This document shows positions 56,050 to 64,000 of a stretch of DNA of 64,000 nt, one piece after another. The position numbers were made by a program, and so were the translations under genes. The stretch is taken from assembly GCA_963804995.1 (NCBI GenBank), contig CAWDSK010000003.1:1472001-1536000 (forward strand), read 5' to 3'. The notes below the pieces were generated by a model. It ran no database searches and had not been told where the DNA came from. It saw only the letters and a program-made list of their open reading frames with translations. The stretch is from an uncultured Acidobacteriota bacterium. Lineage in GTDB: Bacteria > Acidobacteriota > Terriglobia > UBA7540. Positions within the stretch are counted from its first letter, which is position 1, and each line of letters begins with the position of its first letter.

Positions 56050-59000
56050 ATGGACGGAACTGGAGTTCTTCTATCGACTGACTCAGAAGCTGGCGCGCTG
56101 GTCTTGCGTGGACCCAACCGGCCGGATTTACTTCGCGAGGAATGTCTCGCTGACATCCTGATGGCATCCGCGCGGCGTCGCCCCCATCACCCGGCGCTGG
56201 TCTGGCGCAAGCGAGTTGTCACTTACGTGGAGTTGGACGCGTCGAGCCAGGCAGTGGCAGGAGCGCTAGTCAACCGTGGGGCGGCCGCCGGCCAGATTTT
56301 GGGATTGTTCATGCCGCGCGGTGCGGATTTGCTGATCGCGCAAGCCGGCATCACTCGGAGCGGTGCAGCCTGGCTGCCCTTTGATGCTGAGGCGCCGCTG
56401 GCCAGAGTCAAGATATGTCTTGAATCCGCCCAAGCGTGCGGCATGGTAACTTGCCGCGCCTGGTTGCCGCGTCTGGCGGAATTATCCGTGCCCGTCTGGG
56501 CCATAGAAGACCTGCTGGCCGAGGGTGATTCCACCCTGCCCTGCGTGGGGGCGAAGCCTTCTGACCCCGCTTACGTGATTTACACTTCCGGATCGACGGG
56601 ACAGCCCAAAGGCATTGTCATCAGCCACCAGAGCATCTGCCATTTCCTCCGCAGCGAGAATGAACTCCTGGGAGTGGATGAAAACGACCTGGTCTATCAA
56701 GGATTTTCGCTAGCCTTCGACATGTCGTTCGAGGAAATCTGGATTGCCTACCTGGCCGGCGCAACTCTGTGGATTGCTCCCGCCTCGCTGGTGGGTGATC
56801 CCGATTTGCTGGCCGAGACCTTCAGGCGGGAGTGCATCACCGTGGTGCACGCCGTGCCCACGATGATGAGTTTGATCCTCGACCCGCTGCCCACGGTGCG
56901 GCTGATCAATCTGGGAGGTGAAGCCTGTCCCGATGCGCTGGCTGAACGATTGACGCGGCCGGGGCGGCGAGTGTTTAACACATACGGGCCGACGGAGACC
57001 ACCGTGTCCGCCACCCTGGTGGAGTTACAACCAGGCGAGCGTGTGACCATCGGCATGCCGCTCCCGAATTACGGCCTAATGGTCGTGGATGAACAGCGCC
57101 AACCCCTCCCGCCCGGAGAGATTGGGGAGTTAGGCATCATAGGGCCGGGCCTCGCCCTTGGCTACCTAGACCAGCCCGAGTTAACGGCCGAACGGTTTAT
57201 CCCCAATCCCCTCGCCACGGGTCCTGACGATGCGCGATTGTTCCTGACGGGCGATCTGGTGCGCATGGAACGCGGCGGTCCGGTCCATTGGTTGGGACGG
57301 GCGGACAATCAAGTAAAGATTCGTGGATACCGTGTCGAGTTGGATGAAATTGCCGCCGCTCTCGCCGCGCAGCCTGGCGTGGCCGCAGCGGCCGTAGTCT
57401 TACGCCCCTTGGCGGGCACGGACCAACTGGTGGGATTTATCGTCCCCGCCTCGGATTTCAAACCAGACCGGGCTGCACTGCGGCAGGCATTGGCTCCCCG
57501 TCTTCCCGCCTACATGGTACCGGCGCACCTGGAGGTCTTGGCTGAACTGCCCCGCCTGCCCTCCGGCAAGCCGGACTTGCACGCCCTCCGCGCTATGCCC
57601 CTTAACGGTAACGAACCCAGCGGACACGAGCGGGCGAAGCCACGCAACGAAGAAGAAGTGGCGTTGTACGCTGCACTGGCCAAGCTTTTTGCCCATCCTC
57701 TGCTCCACCCGGACGCGGATTTCTTTGATGACCTGGGCGGACACTCCTTGCTGGCGGCGCGGTTGGTATCGATCCTTCGCACGGATACGCGCTACGCAAC
57801 CCTGAGTGTGCAAGATGTCTATCGCGAACGTCAGTTAGGCAAGATCGCTGCGGCCATGGAGCGACAACGCCGGCGCGCCCCCCAAGCCCTCGGGCCGGAG
57901 CGTACCGAAGTCCCCTGGCAGCGGCGCCTGGTATGCGGGATGGCGCAGTCCGTGGTAATTCCTTTCTTCGTTTTATTTCACATGGCCGACTGGCTGGGTC
58001 CGTTCTTTGTCTATCACTATTTCACGGGCAGTGAAGGCGACAGTATTCCGCTCGCAGTGTTGTACTCACTTTCCACCTTCCTGCTGGCGCGACTCCTGAC
58101 CTTCGGGATAGCCATCACCGGCAAATGGCTGGTGGCAGAACATTTGCCTGCCGGCCGATATCCATTGTGGGGGGTTACGTATTTTCGCTGGTGGCTGGCG
58201 AACAAGTTCTGCGAATTGCCAGATGTCTATTTGCTCGCCGCCAGTCCCTGGATGCCCTTGTACCTGCGCGCTCTGGGCGCGCGCATTGGACCGAACGTGA
58301 TGATTGATGCCATCACTCTGGGCGCGCCGGAACTGCTGACCGTTGAAGAGGGGGTCAGCATCGGCACTTTTGTGAACATCGAGAACGCCCGTGTTGAGGG
58401 CGGCATGCTGATCATTGGCCCGGTACATCTCGGCCGGGATTCAGTAGTCGATTCGTATGCCGTGCTTGAGAACGACACGAAACTCGGAGAGCGGGCGCGC
58501 CTGGGCGGGCAATCGGCACTGACCGCGGGGCGACGGATTCCCGATGATGAAACCTGGGAGGGTGCTCCGGCACGACCGGTCGATCGTCCCAAGGAAGTAT
58601 TGCCCCCGCGCCCACAGGTTGGAGTCATGAAACGGTGGGGGATGGCAGGCGTCTTTGCGGTAACAGCGATCGTGGTATCGGTGTTGTTCTTCCTCCCCAC
58701 CTTCCCAGCCTTCATGTTGATTGACTGGATGGACGCTCACACTTGGGATGTTTTCGAATCGAACCTCAGCCCGCTCACCGCTTTCGGAATATTTTTCATG
58801 ATGTCAATTCCCGCCAGCGCCTTATTTGTGTCCGCGACCATGCTCATAACCGCGGGCCTGCGCTGGCTCTTGCCGCGTCAAGTCCCCGGACTTTCCTCCG
58901 TGCAGAGTGTGGCCTTTTGGCGCAAGAAGCTCATGACCATGGTTCAGGACAGCAGCCTCAGTGCTCTGCATGGACTCTACGCCTCGGTCTATGCGCCCCT

Positions 59001-60054
59001 GTGGCTGCGCTTCCTGGGCGCCAAGGTCGGGCGGCACGCGGAAATCTCCACCGCTGAGGGTATCGTGCCCGAACTGCTCGTCCTGGGTGACGACAGTTTT
59101 ATTGCGGATGGCGCGATGTTGGGCGACGAGGAGCAGTACGGGGGCTGGATGGTTTTGAAACCCACGAAAGTCGGCCATCGTTCTTTTGTCGGCAATGGCG
59201 CTTATGTTCCTGACGGCACCACTCTGCCCGACGACGTCCTGATCGGTGTGCAAACCCGCACGCCCTCCAACGATCAGCTCAAATCCGGCCAGACCTGGAT
59301 GGGCTCACCGCCCATGCTCCTGCCCGCGCGCGAGCGTCTGACCGGTTTCGACGCCTCACTTACCTTCCGGCCCTCCCTCCTCCGCCGCTGGGGGCGCGGA
59401 CTCGTGGAGGGTTTGCGTATTGTGCTGCCGCTGGCGTTCGTGATTGCCAGCGGTTATCTAATCATCATCTTGGTGATGCCCCTGGCCGAGGACAAGGGGT
59501 GGGGGATCAAAGTGGCGATTGCACTCTCCATTGCCGGCTACCTGTTCGGGTTCGGATCTTTCCTGCTGGTGGTGGCGCTCAAATGGATTCTCATCGGGCG
59601 TTACCGCCCGCGCGCGGCCCCCATGTGGACACCCTTCGTCTGGATCAGCGAAGCGGTTACCAATCTATATGAATCTCTCGCCGTCCCGAATTTCCTGAAC
59701 CTCCTGCGCGGCACTCCCCTGCTGCCCTGGGCGCTACGCCTGCTCGGGGTGCGGATTGGCAAAGGCGTCTACATGAATACCACGGACTTTACCGAATTCG
59801 ATTGCGTGCGGATCGGTGACGAAGCGGAACTTAACGCTTGGTCCGGACCCCAAACGCACCTGTTTGAAGACCGCATCATGAAAATCGGGATGGTTGAGAT
59901 TGGCGCCCAGGTGACAGTGGGCGCACGCGGCATCATCCTGTACGACACCCAGGTAGGTGACCGAGTGCGTCTGGGCCCGATGACCTTGGTGGCTAAGGGA
60001 GAACGCCTGCCCGCCGATACCCGCTGGGAAGGTTCACCCGCCGTGCCGGCTTGA
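56050..60054 (+). CDS. Pls/PosA-type membrane NRPS (A-T-transmembrane/C1-C3 beta-helix)
   Basis: YTSGSTGQPKG, YGPTE, TGD, GGHSLL; three RxLGAxIG-type repeats with TM helices; QTHLFEDR. Confidence 0.93.
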   Translation: MDGTGVLLSTDSEAGALVLRGPNRPDLLREECLADILMASARRRPHHPALVWRKRVVTYVELDASSQAVAGALVNRGAAAGQILGLFMPRGADLLIAQAGITRSGAAWLPFDAEAPLARVKICLESAQACGMVTCRAWLPRLAELSVPVWAIEDLLAEGDSTLPCVGAKPSDPAYVIYTSGSTGQPKGIVISHQSICHFLRSENELLGVDENDLVYQGFSLAFDMSFEEIWIAYLAGATLWIAPASLVGDPDLLAETFRRECITVVHAVPTMMSLILDPLPTVRLINLGGEACPDALAERLTRPGRRVFNTYGPTETTVSATLVELQPGERVTIGMPLPNYGLMVVDEQRQPLPPGEIGELGIIGPGLALGYLDQPELTAERFIPNPLATGPDDARLFLTGDLVRMERGGPVHWLGRADNQVKIRGYRVELDEIAAALAAQPGVAAAAVVLRPLAGTDQLVGFIVPASDFKPDRAALRQALAPRLPAYMVPAHLEVLAELPRLPSGKPDLHALRAMPLNGNEPSGHERAKPRNEEEVALYAALAKLFAHPLLHPDADFFDDLGGHSLLAARLVSILRTDTRYATLSVQDVYRERQLGKIAAAMERQRRRAPQALGPERTEVPWQRRLVCGMAQSVVIPFFVLFHMADWLGPFFVYHYFTGSEGDSIPLAVLYSLSTFLLARLLTFGIAITGKWLVAEHLPAGRYPLWGVTYFRWWLANKFCELPDVYLLAASPWMPLYLRALGARIGPNVMIDAITLGAPELLTVEEGVSIGTFVNIENARVEGGMLIIGPVHLGRDSVVDSYAVLENDTKLGERARLGGQSALTAGRRIPDDETWEGAPARPVDRPKEVLPPRPQVGVMKRWGMAGVFAVTAIVVSVLFFLPTFPAFMLIDWMDAHTWDVFESNLSPLTAFGIFFMMSIPASALFVSATMLITAGLRWLLPRQVPGLSSVQSVAFWRKKLMTMVQDSSLSALHGLYASVYAPLWLRFLGAKVGRHAEISTAEGIVPELLVLGDDSFIADGAMLGDEEQYGGWMVLKPTKVGHRSFVGNGAYVPDGTTLPDDVLIGVQTRTPSNDQLKSGQTWMGSPPMLLPARERLTGFDASLTFRPSLLRRWGRGLVEGLRIVLPLAFVIASGYLIIILVMPLAEDKGWGIKVAIALSIAGYLFGFGSFLLVVALKWILIGRYRPRAAPMWTPFVWISEAVTNLYESLAVPNFLNLLRGTPLLPWALRLLGVRIGKGVYMNTTDFTEFDCVRIGDEAELNAWSGPQTHLFEDRIMKIGMVEIGAQVTVGARGIILYDTQVGDRVRLGPMTLVAKGERLPADTRWEGSPAVPA

Positions 60055-60066
60055 GGAGGAGCAAGG

Positions 60067-60654
60067 ATGCCCATCGCCGTTACCACCCGGATCTCGAATT
60101 GGCCGCAGACACCTTTGTTGCCGTCACCCGGCCAAGCGGTGCTGGTCCGCGTGAAGACAGCGCCCTCGCGAACGATCGCACGGCAGGAACTGCGAACCGT
60201 CCTGCGCGAAGTGCTGGCGAAGTGGAGCGATCTCGCCCCTGACCAACTGCCTCTCGAAGAGTCACGGCGGGGGCCGGTTTGGCTCGGCCAACTCGCCGGG
60301 CAGACTCTGGACATCAGCCTGGCTTACCACGAGCAAGAAGGTTGGATCGGCCTGTTGCGGGGTGGGTGGATTGGTGTCGACGTCATGCGGGCCGAACTCG
60401 TAGCCGAAGCGAACGACGTAGCACGCCACTACCTGGGTCCTGCGGCCATGGCATCCCTGCAACAATCAACTGACCCCACGCTCGCCTTCGCTGTGGCTTG
60501 GACGGAACTGGAAGCGCAGCTCAAATGCCTGCGACTTGAATTAGTTGAACGGCCTGCCGGGCAAACGCTTGCGGCAACCCCGTGCACCCTCGATAGCATC
60601 TTCCTTCCTGAGCGTTTGGTGGTGACTGTGGCAACCCATTCTCCTTTGGCGTGA
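60067..60654 (+). CDS. 4'-phosphopantetheinyl transferase (Sfp-like)
   Basis: IGVDV and WTELEAQLKC motifs; 12 bp downstream of the NRPS. Confidence 0.8.
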   Translation: MPIAVTTRISNWPQTPLLPSPGQAVLVRVKTAPSRTIARQELRTVLREVLAKWSDLAPDQLPLEESRRGPVWLGQLAGQTLDISLAYHEQEGWIGLLRGGWIGVDVMRAELVAEANDVARHYLGPAAMASLQQSTDPTLAFAVAWTELEAQLKCLRLELVERPAGQTLAATPCTLDSIFLPERLVVTVATHSPLA

Positions 60655-60942
60655 TGGTGAACAGCGCGGCGGGGTCATTCATGAAAATTCGGAGGGTAAA
60701 AACAGGCGGATTTGGTGGGACAAGGGTCGCGTAGCCCCTCGGAGAGCTACAAGTGGGACAGTCCCACATTGATGACAAAAAGTGGCGGGCCTTCAAAAGT
60801 AGGGCAGGAAAGCACCCGAGGCGGAGCGCAACCTCCTTGCCCCGCGTTGAGCCGAGCGTGCAGATTTTCCGCCTCCGGCTGTCACGCAACGTCTTGTCAG
60901 AACGTGGCAGGCAGTGCAGGGGTCCCGGCCAGCCGGCCCTTC

Positions 60943-61380
60943 TCACTTTCCAAGCGTCACGGTGAAACTCGGATGGCAATCGGCGGCGGGATCGCTAGTT
61001 ACCGACTTAGTCGCGTCGCCGCTGCGGATGGTGAATTCCAGGGGAGGCTTCTTCAGCTTTTCGGGCAGACCTTCCATCCGCGCCCTACCGTCGCTGTTGG
61101 TGCCGACTTCCAGGTCGGTGTCCCTCTTGCTCATGAAACCGTACTTGACCTTGAGGTGGACCTTGGCGTCATAAACCGGCTTATTGGATGCGTCGACGAC
61201 GGTGAACTCAGCGGTACATGGTCCCATGCCGCCATTAATGGTTGGCACGTCGACCGGGTTCCCAGCCACGGACCGGGCACCCGCTGCGCTGAGGAAGAGG
61301 GTGGCCAGCATCCAGAAGGCAATCCTGGCGACGCGGGATCTGGAAGGCCTGACGTCCGGTGCGCTCACGGCAAGGTTCAT
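60943..61380 (-). CDS. Small secreted beta-sandwich (carboxypeptidase-regulatory-like) protein
   Basis: Signal peptide; VVDASNKPVYDAKV; GTNSDGRA. Confidence 0.65.
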   Translation of the reverse strand: MNLAVSAPDVRPSRSRVARIAFWMLATLFLSAAGARSVAGNPVDVPTINGGMGPCTAEFTVVDASNKPVYDAKVHLKVKYGFMSKRDTDLEVGTNSDGRARMEGLPEKLKKPPLEFTIRSGDATKSVTSDPAADCHPSFTVTLGK

Positions 61381-61615
61381 AGTCATTCTCCTGGGTGAAT
61401 TGAAGGAAGCCTTGATTATAGGACATGTGCCGCCACTTTGGAGCTCAAAACGAGGCCTTTGGATTTGGCGTGTAACCCGATTCGTGTTAATGTGTTCGTC
61501 GAGCGTCCGTTCGGCGCAAAACGTACCATCAGTCGGGGTGGTACGAGTGCGTGGAAGTCTCGGGCACGGTTCGATTTATTGCATTCTTGCAGATTTCATA
61601 GAGAGGTTGAATCGG

Positions 61616-64000
61616 ATGATGAGTTACTCGATTCGACGCGCTTTGCCATGCCTAATAATTTTCGTCGGCGTAGGCTGCATGCTGGCCCATGCCCAGACCT
61701 TTCAGGGCAGTTTCACGGGCACCATCACGGATCCCATGGGGGCTGTTATCCCTGGCACTGCCCTGACCATTGTGGAAGTAGATAAGGGATTTTCCCGCAG
61801 CGCGGTCACAGGAAATGACGGTAGTTTTGAGATCCCCCTCTTGCCGCCGGGAAGATATCGCCTGACGGCCCAGAAGCAGGGCTTTGAAAAGACGGCCCGC
61901 GGCCCCCTGACCCTCCTGGTGAACCAGCACCTGCGAGTAGACATTTCTCTCAAGATCGGCCCCCAGGCAACGACCGTCACGGTCGAGGCATCACCTGCCA
62001 CGGTCGAGAGCCAGACCTCCTCCGTAGGAACCACCATCGACGAGCAGAAGGTGACTGAGGTCCCCCTGAATGGCCGGAATTTTCTGGAGCTGGCGTTGCT
62101 CGTCCCCGGCGTATCCCCCGGGACGGCGGGCTCCCATATCAGCTCCCGGGGTGGCGCCATCAACGTGAATGGGATGCGCGACTCGATGAACTCCTATTGG
62201 CTGGACGGCCTGGATGACACCTCGGTGGGCGTTGGCCAATACACCGTCGCCCCGCCGCTCGACTCCGTGCAGGAGTTCCGCATGGAGACGGGAGTATACG
62301 AGGCCAAATTCGGCGCCCACGCCGGGGCCGAAGTCAACATGGTGACCAAGTCAGGAACCAACGATTTACACGGCAGCGTCTATGAGTTCGCCCGCAATAC
62401 GGATTTTGACGCCCGCAACTTTTTTGACCCCTCGGTAGCGCCCATGCACCGCAACCAGTTTGGCGGGACGCTGGGGGGGCCCATCGTGCTCCCCGGTGTT
62501 TATGACGGACACGACCGCACGTTTTTCTTTTTCGCTTACGAAGGCACGCGTGAGCACCGCGACTTCTACGACAACTTCCTCGTCCCCAGCATGGCCGAAC
62601 GCCAGGGCCACTTCACGGATCTCCTGAACCCCAACTGTTCCAGCCAGACCCTGCTTCTCAATCCCCTGGGCGGAGGACAACCTTTCACCAACATCAATCA
62701 AGTCCTGCTGCAGGCGGACCCCGTGGGGCAAGCCCTGGTCAATCAGTACCCCGAGCCCAACATTCCGACCGCCACGTGCGGCGCGGCCAACTACCAGGCG
62801 CTGGTCAACCGGCAGGTCACCTACGACACCATGACGGGACGGGTCGACCATCAGTTCAACAGCAAGGATTCCGTGTTCTTCCGCTACAATCTGAACTTTG
62901 ATTGCGAGTTCTGGCCCACGGGCACAGTTCCGGAACTCACCACGACGATTCCGGGATATGGCCGCTTCTCTCACGATTCCTATCAGATGGGGGGCGTCGA
63001 TTGGACCCACATCTTCAACCCCAAGCTGGTCAACGAGGTCAAGCTTGGTTATAACCGCTGGCAAATCCGAGAGGTTGACCAGGATTTGGGGAGCACCTTG
63101 GCCTCAAGCCTGGGGATCATGGGCGTCGCGAACATCGGCTCGGTTCCCGCCGGCGTCCCCAACATGAACTTTTCGGGATACGCCAACCTGGGAGCCGACG
63201 AAACCACCCCCCAAAGTGGCGCGGTGAATACCTTCCAAATCGGCGACACGCTGACGCAAGTGCTGGGGTCACATACGATGACCTATGGCGCCGATATTCG
63301 CGAAGTCCGGCGCGGGAATTTTTCCGTCGACACCATCTCCCGGGGAGAATTTGATTTTACCGGATTCCTGACGGGCGGCCTGGGCCAGGTCTCGGCAGCA
63401 CAACTGGGCTGCCCCACCTGCACGCTCGGTAACAGCGTCGCGGATGCGTTGCTGGGCCTTCCCCAATACTGGCTGAACGGATTCCAGGAGTACATCTCCG
63501 GCCAATTTGGTGAATACGACTTCTTCGTCCAGGATGATTGGCGGGTTCGCCCCCATCTGACCGTCAACCTCGGCTTGCGTTACGAGTACAAGAGCCTAGT
63601 CACGGAAGGGTCGAACGGCTTTTCCAACTTCGATTTCAGCAACGGAGACTTGATAGTGGCCGGGAATAAGGCGGCAACCCTGTGGAGCTTTAACCCCAGC
63701 ATCAATCCGCTTACCGGCCAGTGGCAAATCAGCCCGGCGCCTTGCACGTCTCAAACTTGCAGCCAGCAAACGATCAATCTGGGAAGCACGGCAAGCAACC
63801 GCTCGCTGCAGAAGCCCGACCGCAACAATTTTGCGCCGCGCGTGGGGATAGCCTGGCAACCCTTTAAGAGCTCCAAAACCGTGCTGCGCGCCGGCTACGG
63901 GGTGTTCTACGATCAGACCTTCGGCGATGTCTATTTCCAGAAGGCTGCCAACCCACCCTTCGTTCAACTGAAGGAAGGCAACTCTCCCGCCGTGCTCGAA
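61616..64000 (+). CDS. Oar-type TonB-dependent receptor (3' part outside window)
   Basis: Manual translation: signal peptide, GTITDPMGA, VPLNGRNFLEL plug, VQEFRMET, LHGSVYEFARN, RNQFGGTLGGP. Confidence 0.9.
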   Translation, partial: MMSYSIRRALPCLIIFVGVGCMLAHAQTFQGSFTGTITDPMGAVIPGTALTIVEVDKGFSRSAVTGNDGSFEIPLLPPGRYRLTAQKQGFEKTARGPLTLLVNQHLRVDISLKIGPQATTVTVEASPATVESQTSSVGTTIDEQKVTEVPLNGRNFLELALLVPGVSPGTAGSHISSRGGAINVNGMRDSMNSYWLDGLDDTSVGVGQYTVAPPLDSVQEFRMETGVYEAKFGAHAGAEVNMVTKSGTNDLHGSVYEFARNTDFDARNFFDPSVAPMHRNQFGGTLGGPIVLPGVYDGHDRTFFFFAYEGTREHRDFYDNFLVPSMAERQGHFTDLLNPNCSSQTLLLNPLGGGQPFTNINQVLLQADPVGQALVNQYPEPNIPTATCGAANYQALVNRQVTYDTMTGRVDHQFNSKDSVFFRYNLNFDCEFWPTGTVPELTTTIPGYGRFSHDSYQMGGVDWTHIFNPKLVNEVKLGYNRWQIREVDQDLGSTLASSLGIMGVANIGSVPAGVPNMNFSGYANLGADETTPQSGAVNTFQIGDTLTQVLGSHTMTYGADIREVRRGNFSVDTISRGEFDFTGFLTGGLGQVSAAQLGCPTCTLGNSVADALLGLPQYWLNGFQEYISGQFGEYDFFVQDDWRVRPHLTVNLGLRYEYKSLVTEGSNGFSNFDFSNGDLIVAGNKAATLWSFNPSINPLTGQWQISPAPCTSQTCSQQTINLGSTASNRSLQKPDRNNFAPRVGIAWQPFKSSKTVLRAGYGVFYDQTFGDVYFQKAANPPFVQLKEGNSPAVLE

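Noticed and set aside
61490..61570. Riboswitch upstream of the terminal TBDR
   Set aside because: Only one clear hairpin; no full match to c-di-GMP, cobalamin or TPP consensus by eye. An Infernal search would be needed.

Overview
GC-rich chromosomal segment. The gene content (Oar-type TonB-dependent barrels, VWA protein, BlaI/BlaR1 pair, Tat-exported hydrolases) suggests an Acidobacteriota (Terriglobia-like) genome; this is an inference, not a classification. Housekeeping genes (gltX, argS, pepA, smpB, lgt, ccdA) are mixed with accessory loci: a PQQ/cytochrome c dehydrogenase, GH116 and MFS catabolic genes, a non-pyrrolysine MttB homologue, four toxin-antitoxin modules, an IS110, a group II intron, a copper-type TBDR/SCO locus and a Pls/PosA-type membrane NRPS with its PPTase. 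Four genes (mttB-like, blaR1-like, ggt, argS) each carry a single +1 frameshift; these look like sequencing errors. The strongest candidates for undescribed biology are: (1) a three-gene operon encoding a plug-less Oar-type outer-membrane barrel, a VWA protein and a membrane-anchored coiled coil; (2) a family of MITEs with 8-bp target duplications, each carrying a different REP or palindrome as cargo, alongside a group II intron whose EBS1 pairs with the REP it sits in; (3) a split DsbD-like redox operon with a repeated CxCGC domain; (4) a Cys-rich CutF/CruR-like leader upstream of a TBDR; and (5) a twice-occurring AT-rich triple-repeat element. I recognised no rRNA, tRNA or CRISPR array.
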